From NCBI GenBank assembly GCA_964577555.1, contig CAZNZM010000005.1:1-32000 (forward strand): 32,000 nucleotides of DNA. The letters are read 5' to 3'. Positions 7,481-14,652 of this stretch are shown here, piece by piece. Below the pieces are notes generated by a model, which was not told the DNA's origin, did not search any database, and worked only from the letters and a program-made list of their open reading frames with translations. The first letter of the stretch is position 1. The number at the start of each line of letters is the position of its first letter. The DNA is from an uncultured archaeon (GTDB taxonomy: Archaea > Iainarchaeota > Iainarchaeia > Iainarchaeales > Iainarchaeaceae). A program made the translations under genes and the position numbers.

Positions 7481-9889
7481 TCAAAATAATTTGCTTTGTT
7501 TTCCACCATGTATTAAATCTTCCTTGTCATAATCCAATTCCCGCATTATTTTGAGAACCGCCTGCAATATTTGGTTGTTAATATAATAATCAGCATCATA
7601 ATCCCCTTCTTTTACATATTCTTCCATTTCTGCTTTTTCAGAAATGCTTTTACCGTTCTTTGTAATAATAAACCCTATCATGCTTCCCACATCAATTTTT
7701 TTACCATGCTCTTTTGCCTTTTTTGCAGCTGCAATGTGTGGTCCTATTAGTTCATATTTTGACGGATTTGCTTTTATTTGCTTGGTTATTACAAGTTCTT
7801 TTTTTGGCACTTTTCCTTCTTTCAGTTTTCTGATTGTTTCTTTTGTAATTGAAATAGCTTTTTCAGGATTACCCTCTTTAAGTATGGCTTCAATAACTGC
7901 TTTTTGCGTCTCTTTTGCAATAGGAGCCCAATCTCTTCTAACATATTCAAACCCTACGATTTTCAAATTCCCATTATTATCTATAAGTGCGTATTTTTTC
8001 TTTGCCGCGCCTCCGGATTCTTTTGTAACAAATATTCCGCGCTTGTAAAAACCTTCAATTTCCAATTCCATTGCTTCCGGCAATTCAGAATTTATTTTTT
8101 CAACAAAATCCTTGACGCTTTTTTCGTTTTTTTCTTTTGGAATTATCAAAAAGCAACTGTCAGTATCATTATACAATACTTTAAAACCGTTTTTTTCAGC
8201 TTCGTTGCTTACTTGTTGTATGTATTGTCTGCTCCAAGCCGTGACAGCTCTTGCGCATTCTCTTGAATACCATCTGCTTTGTGCATAACCCAAATAACCA
8301 TAATGGCTGTTAAGCAGGATTTTTAATGCGTGTTGCCTTGCATTAATTGTTTTGAATTCCAAAGAATTTTTGTCTAATGATTTGGCTTTTTTCTTTAATT
8401 CTATCCTGTCTTTCAATATTTCTTCAAGTATGCCTGGCAAAAAACCTTTTTGTTTTTCGCAGAACCAGTCTTTGTCAGGAGAAACATTTTTTCCATTCTT
8501 GCAACTTTCATGTTGGCATTTAAGTGTTTCAGGGCTGATGTTGTGTGAAATAATTATTGTAGGATGCAGTGACCTGAAATCAAGAACTGCAATGTTTTCA
8601 TGCAAGCCAGGAATTGGTGATTTTACAAAACCGCCTTCAAAAGTTTGCAACAATCTTTTGGATACTTCGGCTTCGCTAGGCTTGTTAGGAATAAGGCTTT
8701 TTTGTTCAAAACTCTTTATAATCAACAATTGTTCAACCATTTGCGAAGAAGACATTCTGCTTGTTTCAGAAAGAACCTGCCTGAGCATTCCGCATAATTG
8801 TATTTGCAAAGGAAGGAATTCCGTTGCCAATTTCAAGGTTACTTCACCATCTTCGCGATTATACTCTATTATTCGGCCAATTTCATTTTTGTCCCACAAT
8901 TCGTTTATTTTTTCAGGCTTTAATTTTTCTTTCGTCTTTCCAAACAATTTTTCCGAGACATTTTCAATGTCGAATTTTAATATGTTTATCGCGCCTATGC
9001 GAACCATGAATTTGAGCAACACGAATGCGTCAAGGTGTTGTGTTCCATTTATTTCTGATTTTTTGTACATTCCGCTTTTAACAATTTTTACTCCGCCAAA
9101 ACCGAAATCGCATTTTACCCCTAAATTTTCGCACCTGTCTTTTATATATGGAAGGTCAAAACTGTCGCCGTTATAAGTTACTAATATGTCTGGTTGCATT
9201 TCTCTTATATCTGCAAGCAATTTTTCTAAAAGTTCTTTTTCATTTGACAATACAAAAGCATTTTTTGAATTTGTTTCTTTGTAAGTATAAACTTTTGTGC
9301 AATCGCTAGTGGAAACACAAGCCATTAAAATAGGGTCTTTTTTTGGATCGGAAAACCTTCCGGGGGAGTAAGTTTCAATATCCAAAGCCACAATTCTTGA
9401 TTCGTGTTTTACTTCAGCATTGTTGATTTTTTTTATTTTTCCGCCAACATGTTTAATTTCAACTCCATGCATTGGTTTGAGCCCTTTATCAATAAGATAC
9501 CTGTTGGTAAATGGGATGTCATATTCCCTTTTGCCTGAAACTCCATTAATTTGCTCCAAAAATTCCCGTGCAATAGTTAAATCTTTTGTGTTCATGAAAG
9601 AAATCTTGATTGCGCCTTTTTCATTTTGCCTTTCCACTATCTCAGCGGAAATATTCTTTATTCCTTGCGAAAGACAATATTTTTCGATTTCTTTTGCAGC
9701 ATTATTCGGTTCTTTTGATATTGCATACAAATAAGGCTTGAATGAATCGTCTTCCAGTTTTTCAATTCCTTTTTCAGTACTTATATATAATTGTATTGTT
9801 GATTCTCCAGTATCCTTGTTTTCGTATGAACAGTCAAGCAAAATTCCATAAAGCTTATTATATGTCATGTCTAATATTCTAATAACCAA
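7481..9889 (-). CDS. polB: Family B DNA polymerase (archaeal replicative PolB type)
   Basis: Exonuclease motifs are ALDIETY and YNGDSFDLPYI. Polymerase motifs are DFRSLHPTIIISHNISPETL (A), KILLNSHYGYLGY (B), YNDTDS (C) and KKKYA. I see no intein. The track start at 9889 is TTG, and the likely real start is the ATG at 9868 (MTYNKLYGILLD...). Confidence 0.95.
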   Translation of the reverse strand: MVIRILDMTYNKLYGILLDCSYENKDTGESTIQLYISTEKGIEKLEDDSFKPYLYAISKEPNNAAKEIEKYCLSQGIKNISAEIVERQNEKGAIKISFMNTKDLTIAREFLEQINGVSGKREYDIPFTNRYLIDKGLKPMHGVEIKHVGGKIKKINNAEVKHESRIVALDIETYSPGRFSDPKKDPILMACVSTSDCTKVYTYKETNSKNAFVLSNEKELLEKLLADIREMQPDILVTYNGDSFDLPYIKDRCENLGVKCDFGFGGVKIVKSGMYKKSEINGTQHLDAFVLLKFMVRIGAINILKFDIENVSEKLFGKTKEKLKPEKINELWDKNEIGRIIEYNREDGEVTLKLATEFLPLQIQLCGMLRQVLSETSRMSSSQMVEQLLIIKSFEQKSLIPNKPSEAEVSKRLLQTFEGGFVKSPIPGLHENIAVLDFRSLHPTIIISHNISPETLKCQHESCKNGKNVSPDKDWFCEKQKGFLPGILEEILKDRIELKKKAKSLDKNSLEFKTINARQHALKILLNSHYGYLGYAQSRWYSRECARAVTAWSRQYIQQVSNEAEKNGFKVLYNDTDSCFLIIPKEKNEKSVKDFVEKINSELPEAMELEIEGFYKRGIFVTKESGGAAKKKYALIDNNGNLKIVGFEYVRRDWAPIAKETQKAVIEAILKEGNPEKAISITKETIRKLKEGKVPKKELVITKQIKANPSKYELIGPHIAAAKKAKEHGKKIDVGSMIGFIITKNGKSISEKAEMEEYVKEGDYDADYYINNQILQAVLKIMRELDYDKEDLIHGGKQSKLF

Positions 9890-9890
9890 A

Positions 9891-9900
9891 TAGTTTTATA
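9891..9900. promoter_or_regulatory. Shared bidirectional TATA-like box between polB and the 161-aa gene
   Basis: The sequence TAGTTTTATA reads TTTTATA on the plus strand, with its centre about 24 nt before the ATG at 9921. It reads TATAAAAC on the minus strand, with its centre about 29 nt before the ATG at 9868. Only 52 bp separate the two ATGs, which fits leaderless transcripts. Confidence 0.4.
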
Positions 9901-9920
9901 GGTAAGCTAAAAGTGGTTTT

Positions 9921-10406
9921 ATGCCTCCTCATCAAAGAATCCCTCAAGAATCCTTGCAAAATATTCCTGGGCAACAAAGGCCAATTATGAAGCCTCAGAA
10001 CATATTTACAAAAACAAGTGATGATATAAAGGCGTTGAATAGTAGCATACTAATAATTTCCCAAAAAATCAATGCACTGGCAAGGAATGAGAAAATACTT
10101 GGAAGAAACCATTTGATACTTAATAAGAAAGTTAAGGAACTTCAGGATAAATTGCAACAACCGCAATCAATGGATGTTGGTCCAATTCAGGCAGAGCTTG
10201 CTTCAATAAACCGGAAACTTTCAGAATTGCTTGAAAAAACATTCAAACTTGAATCAGAAATTGAAAACATAAAACAAAATTATGCAAAGCATGAAACAGT
10301 AGCGGAAATGAAATATGTTGTAGACTCAATTAATCCTTTGCAGTTCGCCACGATTGAACAAGTTAAAAAAATGATTGACGAAAGTTTGTCTAAAAAGAAA
10401 AATTGA
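9921..10406 (+). CDS. Hypothetical coiled-coil protein (161 aa)
   Basis: The ORF has an ATG start. A Pro/Gln-rich N-terminus is followed by heptad-like helical segments (LASINRKLSELLEKTFKLESEIENIKQNYAK). I recognise no family. Confidence 0.6.
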   Translation: MPPHQRIPQESLQNIPGQQRPIMKPQNIFTKTSDDIKALNSSILIISQKINALARNEKILGRNHLILNKKVKELQDKLQQPQSMDVGPIQAELASINRKLSELLEKTFKLESEIENIKQNYAKHETVAEMKYVVDSINPLQFATIEQVKKMIDESLSKKKN

Positions 10407-10414
10407 TTTTTTTT
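10407..10414 (+). terminator. Oligo-T (T8) terminator directly after the stop of the 161-aa gene
   Basis: The sequence is TGA followed immediately by TTTTTTTT. Archaeal RNA polymerase terminates at oligo-dT tracts. Confidence 0.45.
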
Positions 10415-10415
10415 G

Positions 10416-11924
10416 TCAAATACTTCTTTTGCTTAAAGTTGGCCTGACTAAAACCCTGTATGCTTTGGCGTTTTTGAGTTGCACGCCGACATCATTGCCC
10501 GAAACAACGTTGATTTTTGCTTCTGTAATGCTTTTTATTGTGGGGTCAATTTCTATTTGTTGTTGCGACCCAAGCACAAAACCAATGCCTTTGTCATTCA
10601 TTTTTGAAAAAATGCTTGATATTTCTTCCGCAATTGTTTTTTTTCTTTCACTATCGTCTATGATAGTAGCTTTTGGCATAATAACCATTGCTCTCATTGC
10701 TTTTGATTCGCCTTTCAAGCTGAAATACTTGAATACGCTTTTTAAAACCGAATAAAAAATCAAAGTGTTTATCTTAGAATCCAAGTTTTGCATGTCAATA
10801 ATTGAAGCTCTTGCAATGTTTGAAGTTCCGGGTCTGGTCATTTCTTCTACATCGATGCTTCCCCCGAAAAAACCAGGATGCATTACTTCAATCAATTTTA
10901 TTATTCTGGCAGCTTTGTTTATTTCAAATTCCGTGAATTCTTCGTTAGATTTTATATTAGTGATTTTTTGAATGAATTCGTCTATTGAATTTACTTGGCC
11001 TGAACTTGCAGCCAGATTGCATATTCTTGCAAATTCTTTGTCCCCTATCCCAAAAATTCCAGAAATTGCCTCGTAATCAATAATGTTCAAATCAACCTTG
11101 ACAATTTCTTTTGGCTTTAAGAATCTGGTTGGAAATCCTATTGGGTCTATTTCAACTTCGTACTTTTTAAGCTCAGCAATATCTTTAGATGCTTCCCCGA
11201 GCCATGCAAACCTTCCAGAAAAGTCGAAAATTATTACAGGCACATTAGCCAACATAGAGCTTTCAGCCAAAACCTGCATGACCCTTTCCCTGTCTTTTTC
11301 TTCCCCATCTGTCACTATTGTGCTGGAAAAAAGCCCAAGAGGCTCAACAATTTTTTTCTTGTCTTTGGTAAGACCCAATATTACATCAGATTTTATCCTG
11401 CTTGAAAGAGACTGCATGGATGTTCCGGCTTCAACATGGGACGAAGTGGTTATTATTGGAATAAGCATTGGCTGTGTGAAAAAAGCCATTTTGATTTCTT
11501 CAGGACAATCAGAAATTTCTTTTAATGTCAACTCGTAGGCTTTTGAAATATCTTTAATCATTTCGCTTGAAGTATCAACCCTTTTCACCATTGAATCTAC
11601 TTCCTTTACAAATTCGTCTTCAACCCATCTTACATAAGTTGGTTTACTTCCAAGCATTAGAAATTTAAGATTCTTGTTTTCCTCATGCTTTAATATTACC
11701 AAAACCTCACGTGGCAATGTCTCGGTAAATGAATCGGTTTCTCCTTCAGCATAAAAAACTTTATACAATTCTATTATGGCTCCTTCGACTATGTCCAGCT
11801 TTTTTTCATAAATAAGAGCCATGACTATTTTTTTAGGATTTATATAAATTTCAACTTCATGTTCATGAAAGACTCCTGAAAATAGTTTTTCCCACGGACC
11901 TTCAGCAATTTTGAACAATTCCAT
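10416..11924 (-). CDS. HerA/DUF87-like protein with degenerate Walker A and B motifs (putative pseudo-ATPase)
   Basis: 502-aa ORF. Its layout resembles HerA: ILGLTKDKKKIVEPLGLFSSTIVTDGEEKDRERVMQVLAE...VPVIIFDFSGRF sits where HerA has ...aIlGtTGSGKS...pvlIfDphGEY. SIIDMQNLDSKINTLIFYSVLKSVF matches the ...iiDLSgl... block. AMVIMPKA sits where hhhhEEAH is expected, and GIGFVLGSQQQIEIDPTI sits where GvglvlvSQRPseld is expected. There is no GK[ST] anywhere in the protein. The assignment is by eye only. Confidence 0.4.
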   Translation of the reverse strand: MELFKIAEGPWEKLFSGVFHEHEVEIYINPKKIVMALIYEKKLDIVEGAIIELYKVFYAEGETDSFTETLPREVLVILKHEENKNLKFLMLGSKPTYVRWVEDEFVKEVDSMVKRVDTSSEMIKDISKAYELTLKEISDCPEEIKMAFFTQPMLIPIITTSSHVEAGTSMQSLSSRIKSDVILGLTKDKKKIVEPLGLFSSTIVTDGEEKDRERVMQVLAESSMLANVPVIIFDFSGRFAWLGEASKDIAELKKYEVEIDPIGFPTRFLKPKEIVKVDLNIIDYEAISGIFGIGDKEFARICNLAASSGQVNSIDEFIQKITNIKSNEEFTEFEINKAARIIKLIEVMHPGFFGGSIDVEEMTRPGTSNIARASIIDMQNLDSKINTLIFYSVLKSVFKYFSLKGESKAMRAMVIMPKATIIDDSERKKTIAEEISSIFSKMNDKGIGFVLGSQQQIEIDPTIKSITEAKINVVSGNDVGVQLKNAKAYRVLVRPTLSKRSI

Positions 11925-12004
11925 GCACTGTAATTGAAACTAAATTAATATATATAAATTGTTGAAAAGCCTTTTGCGTTCAAAAATTGTTTGTTTTAAT
12001 TTTT

Positions 12005-12042
12005 AGTTGGTTTTTTGGTGAATATAGATTTTAAAACCAACT
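12005..12042. promoter_or_regulatory. Perfect 10-bp inverted repeat (AGTTGGTTTT-N18-AAAACCAACT) in a divergent intergenic region
   Basis: Read directly from the sequence: arms at 12005-12014 and 12033-12042. It lies between the divergent starts at 11924 (-) and 12182 (+). Confidence 0.3.
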
Positions 12043-12181
12043 TTGTATTTTTACAACCATAAAAATCTATAAACAAATTATGCAATAATCCATTATTCTT
12101 TTTCATTTTTTACATGTTAAGCAATAGTTATATATTAATGAATAATTATATGATGATTAGTTTTGCAGGTTTGGCGATAAA

Positions 12182-12817
12182 ATGGTTTTAAATGAAGTTA
12201 TATTGGATACGGTAAAGCGAATGGTGTCTTCCGGCGTTGATGACGAAACAATAAGAATAACCCTTAAAAGCATAGAACTTTCAGATGCAGAAATTGATGA
12301 AATTATTGCAGAAGTTAGAGGCACTAAAGCAAAACCGGTTGTATCAAAAAATCAAAGCCCTTCAGAACAGGTTTCTTCAAAGCAATACGTTTCTGAAGAA
12401 AAAGAAGGTGACACTCAAGAAGATGAAGAAAATTTGCCTGAAGAGCCTGAAGAACCAATCATAGAAGGCGACAATGAAGTTACTGCTGAAGATGTTTCAG
12501 AAATAAGAAAGCAAATACATGCTTCTTCTGGGGAACAGATTGCAATGCATACTACAACCCATCAAATGCTTGACGAACATTATGGAAAGCTTTCAGAAGT
12601 TCATGATTCTATAAATGAATTGCATCAAAAAGTAGATTCTTCCCCACAAATTTCCCCGGAAACTGTTGCTAAAATAAGTGCTCTTGACTTGCGGATTTCA
12701 GGGCTGGAAAAGGAAATTTCTGAAGTCAAGGCTAATACCATTGCGCTCCAAGGTCTTCTTCAAAAAATTCTTGAAGCAAACAGGGAAATCATTTCAGAGT
12801 TGGAAAAGAAAAAATAA
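12182..12817 (+). CDS. Hypothetical acidic coiled-coil protein (211 aa)
   Basis: The ORF has an ATG start. A small N-terminal domain (MVLNEVILDTVKRMVSSGVDDETIRITLKSIELSDAEIDEIIAEV) is followed by a strongly acidic, likely disordered linker and a C-terminal coiled coil (ISGLEKEISEVKANTIALQGLLQKILEANREIISELEKKK). Confidence 0.7.
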   Translation: MVLNEVILDTVKRMVSSGVDDETIRITLKSIELSDAEIDEIIAEVRGTKAKPVVSKNQSPSEQVSSKQYVSEEKEGDTQEDEENLPEEPEEPIIEGDNEVTAEDVSEIRKQIHASSGEQIAMHTTTHQMLDEHYGKLSEVHDSINELHQKVDSSPQISPETVAKISALDLRISGLEKEISEVKANTIALQGLLQKILEANREIISELEKKK

Positions 12818-12822
12818 TGGCA

Positions 12823-12831
12823 TTTTTTTTT
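12823..12831 (+). terminator. Oligo-T (T9) terminator 5 nt after the stop of the 211-aa gene
   Basis: The sequence is TAATGGCA followed by nine T. It sits in the convergent gap with the minus-strand operon end at 12886. Confidence 0.5.
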
Positions 12832-12885
12832 GAATTTCATTATTTTATTTTGGTTTTCAATCAATTTGTTAGTAAAATTCAAAAA

Positions 12886-13278
12886 CTATTTTTTCATGAG
12901 TTTTCCTATTCCCTGCAAAAGATTGTCAGCCATTGAAGCAAAACTTTCAATTCCAAAAGAGCTTGATATTTTTTTATTTTGGATTTTGGCTTTTTCGCTT
13001 TTCCCTATTTCCTTGCCTATCATTTTAAAGTTTTCTTCAAAAAACTTTTTTCCAGAATTTGATTTGGTTTTAGCTTTACTTAAAAACTCCGCTTCTTTGT
13101 AAACACCTTTTTTAAGCTGGATGAACACCTCTTTAAGAATGGAAATTAATCCAGCAAAAAAAATTCCAAAAACGTCAAATAATGCCAAAAAAATTAAAAA
13201 AAAACCCAAAAGTACTTGTCCAGATTCTATTAACAATATTGAAATAACTAGTAATATTATGCTAAGCAAAATTTGCAT
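12886..13278 (-). CDS. Small membrane protein S5 (130 aa): N-terminal TM hairpin plus Lys-rich soluble tail
   Basis: Its ATG abuts the S4 stop (TGAATG at 13281..13276). The N-terminus MQILLSIILLVISILLIESGQVLLGFFLIFLALF shares the hydrophobic-SGQ-hydrophobic hairpin with S4. Confidence 0.7.
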   Translation of the reverse strand: MQILLSIILLVISILLIESGQVLLGFFLIFLALFDVFGIFFAGLISILKEVFIQLKKGVYKEAEFLSKAKTKSNSGKKFFEENFKMIGKEIGKSEKAKIQNKKISSSFGIESFASMADNLLQGIGKLMKK

Positions 13279-13593
13279 TCAACCAGCCCCATACATTCCG
13301 CCAAACATGTCCCCCATGCCTATTTGTTGTTCAGGCTCTGGTTTTGCCCCCATTAAAATAGCTAGAATAACCAAACCAAATATTGCAGGAATCCAAAGAT
13401 CCGGTTCGCCGTTAATTGCTATAAAATAAATTACTGCAGTGCTTATGAGAAGCAGCAAGGTAGTGGAAAATTCTTTTGAAGTAATAATACTTATAATGAG
13501 TACTGCAAAAACAATCCAGTTTTGCCCGGATTGAACAGCAATGAACATGAACAAAATAGCCAACAAAAAATTAAAAGTATCCAAGATTCTCAC
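13279..13593 (-). CDS. Small polytopic membrane protein S4 (104 aa)
   Basis: The GTG start lies within an AGGTGA context, 17 nt after the S3 stop. It has 3-4 hydrophobic helices, a FMFIAVQSGQNWIVFAVLII hairpin, and a Gly/Met-rich C-terminus (GMGDMFGGMYGAG). Confidence 0.7.
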   Translation of the reverse strand: MRILDTFNFLLAILFMFIAVQSGQNWIVFAVLIISIITSKEFSTTLLLLISTAVIYFIAINGEPDLWIPAIFGLVILAILMGAKPEPEQQIGMGDMFGGMYGAG

Positions 13594-13610
13594 CTTTGAT
13601 GCTCATTGTA

Positions 13611-13871
13611 TTACCTCAATTGATCCCCACCAAAAGGATTGATCTGCGCCAAAAATTCCTTTCCAAGAGTTTGCAGTAAAAAAAGTATTACAAGCAGCCA
13701 CACAAGAAATTCATATTGAAAAAAAGTCAAATATATTACAATAGTAGCAAACATTGCTGAGATTGCCGGCGAGCCAATGTTTTCTTTAGCCCAACCAACT
13801 AGCCATATAAAAATAAAAAAGATTACGACAATTCTTATATTGTCGAACAAACTTGCAAGCAATGTTAGCAT
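13611..13871 (-). CDS. Small 3-TM membrane protein S3 (86 aa), paralogue of S1 and S2
   Basis: It has an ATG start. The motif GWAKENIGSP lies between TM1 and TM2. The segment IVIYLTFFQYEFLVWLLVILFLLQTLG aligns with S2 VLIYFMVFKYFELFLSLYILQTLLGLG. Confidence 0.7.
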   Translation of the reverse strand: MLTLLASLFDNIRIVVIFFIFIWLVGWAKENIGSPAISAMFATIVIYLTFFQYEFLVWLLVILFLLQTLGKEFLAQINPFGGDQLR

Positions 13872-13925
13872 AAAATCACTTCACTGTTTACTATTTATGA
13901 TTGATTACTAATAAATTAATATCCT

Positions 13926-14243
13926 CTACCTTCTCATGGTAGTTCCTATTCCCCAAATAATGGTTGACAAAAATCCAAGTCCAAGCAAGGTTTGAAGTAT
14001 GTAAAGCGAGAGAAAAAGTTCAAAGTATTTGAAAACCATGAAATAAATAAGCACCGCAGAAACAACTATTACTAAAGGCCCAGAACCTAGGAAACCTCTT
14101 ACAGTAGTATATATCATAAAAATCATTATTATTTGCATTAAAATTTTGGCTTCCCAAAAAAGGCTTGTAATTACTACTGGAATCAAAGCCAGAATTATTA
14201 ACCCTAAAATTATCAATAAAAGTATGTTGCCCTTTTGATTCAT
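13926..14243 (-). CDS. Small 4-TM membrane protein S2 (105 aa), paralogue of S1 and S3
   Basis: I use the internal ATG at 14243 (MNQKGNILLL...), which follows the S1 stop by 1 nt (GGAGA TGA T ATG). The longer track ORF (to 14414) overlaps S1 in another frame. The shared motif here is TVRGFLGSGP. Confidence 0.7.
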   Translation of the reverse strand: MNQKGNILLLIILGLIILALIPVVITSLFWEAKILMQIIMIFMIYTTVRGFLGSGPLVIVVSAVLIYFMVFKYFELFLSLYILQTLLGLGFLSTIIWGIGTTMRR

Positions 14244-14244
14244 A

Positions 14245-14652
14245 TCATCTCCTCGTAAACATTCTTTGTGCATGGCTCCGCGCAGCATGTTCAGCCATTC
14301 TTTTTTGTATGTCAACACCGCTCGAAACAGGCGACTCCATGTCTTCTTCCGGTGCTTTTGGGGGCCCTCCGGCGCTAATAAAGAAGAAATCCACGAGTAT
14401 GCCGCTAACCCCAAACATCAAAAGCATGTATAAAATGTAAATTGGCCCAAAAATCGCCCAACCATCCAAAAATATGAAAAATGTCAAAGCCGCAATAAGC
14501 ACCCAAGACATAGTCCCGCTTCCAATGTGGTTTCTTACCCAACTTACCAGCATAAGAAAAGCAAATATTTTGACTATCAAATTAAGGTCGTTAAACAACT
14601 CAAAAACGGAATCAATGAAAAGCATTGTATCAACTAACCCAAACCAATACAT
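14245..14652 (-). CDS. Small 3-TM membrane protein S1 (135 aa) with basic C-terminal tail, paralogue of S2 and S3
   Basis: The ATG at 14652 overlaps the G1 stop (14634) by 19 nt; an alternative ATG lies at 14625. The motif SWVRNHIGSG lies between TM1 and TM2. Confidence 0.7.
   Translation of the reverse strand: MYWFGLVDTMLFIDSVFELFNDLNLIVKIFAFLMLVSWVRNHIGSGTMSWVLIAALTFFIFLDGWAIFGPIYILYMLLMFGVSGILVDFFFISAGGPPKAPEEDMESPVSSGVDIQKRMAEHAARSHAQRMFTRR

Noticed and set aside
7644-9734. Plus-strand ORFs up to 274 aa inside polB
   Set aside because: These are shadow ORFs antisense to a polymerase gene carrying all canonical motifs.
7481-9889. polB as a marker of a virus, casposon or plasmid
   Set aside because: The polymerase has full exonuclease and polymerase motifs of the replicative type. 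It is flanked by housekeeping map and tRNA genes, and I see no terminal inverted repeats, cas1, integrase or capsid-like genes in the window.
12140-12200. ATGATGA at about 12150 as the C box of a C/D-box sRNA
   Set aside because: No CTGA D box or C'/D' pair occurs within the following 70 nt. The sequence also sits immediately upstream of the start of the 211-aa gene.
12830-13429. Plus-strand ORFs of 90 and 102 aa
   Set aside because: They are antisense to the coupled S5 and S4 membrane-protein genes. The minus-strand frames have abutting stop and start codons and paralogous motifs.
14170-14243. S2 N-terminus MNQKG-NILLLIILGL as a class III (prepilin-type) signal peptide
   Set aside because: The protein has three further TM helices and aligns with the non-pilin paralogues S1 and S3. 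The KG motif alone is insufficient.
14244-14414. N-terminal 57-aa extension of the 162-aa track ORF (13926..14414)
   Set aside because: The extension overlaps the S1 coding region in another frame and is hydrophilic and non-conserved. The internal ATG at 14243 sits 1 nt after the S1 stop with a GGAGA upstream, and it yields a protein alignable with S1 and S3.
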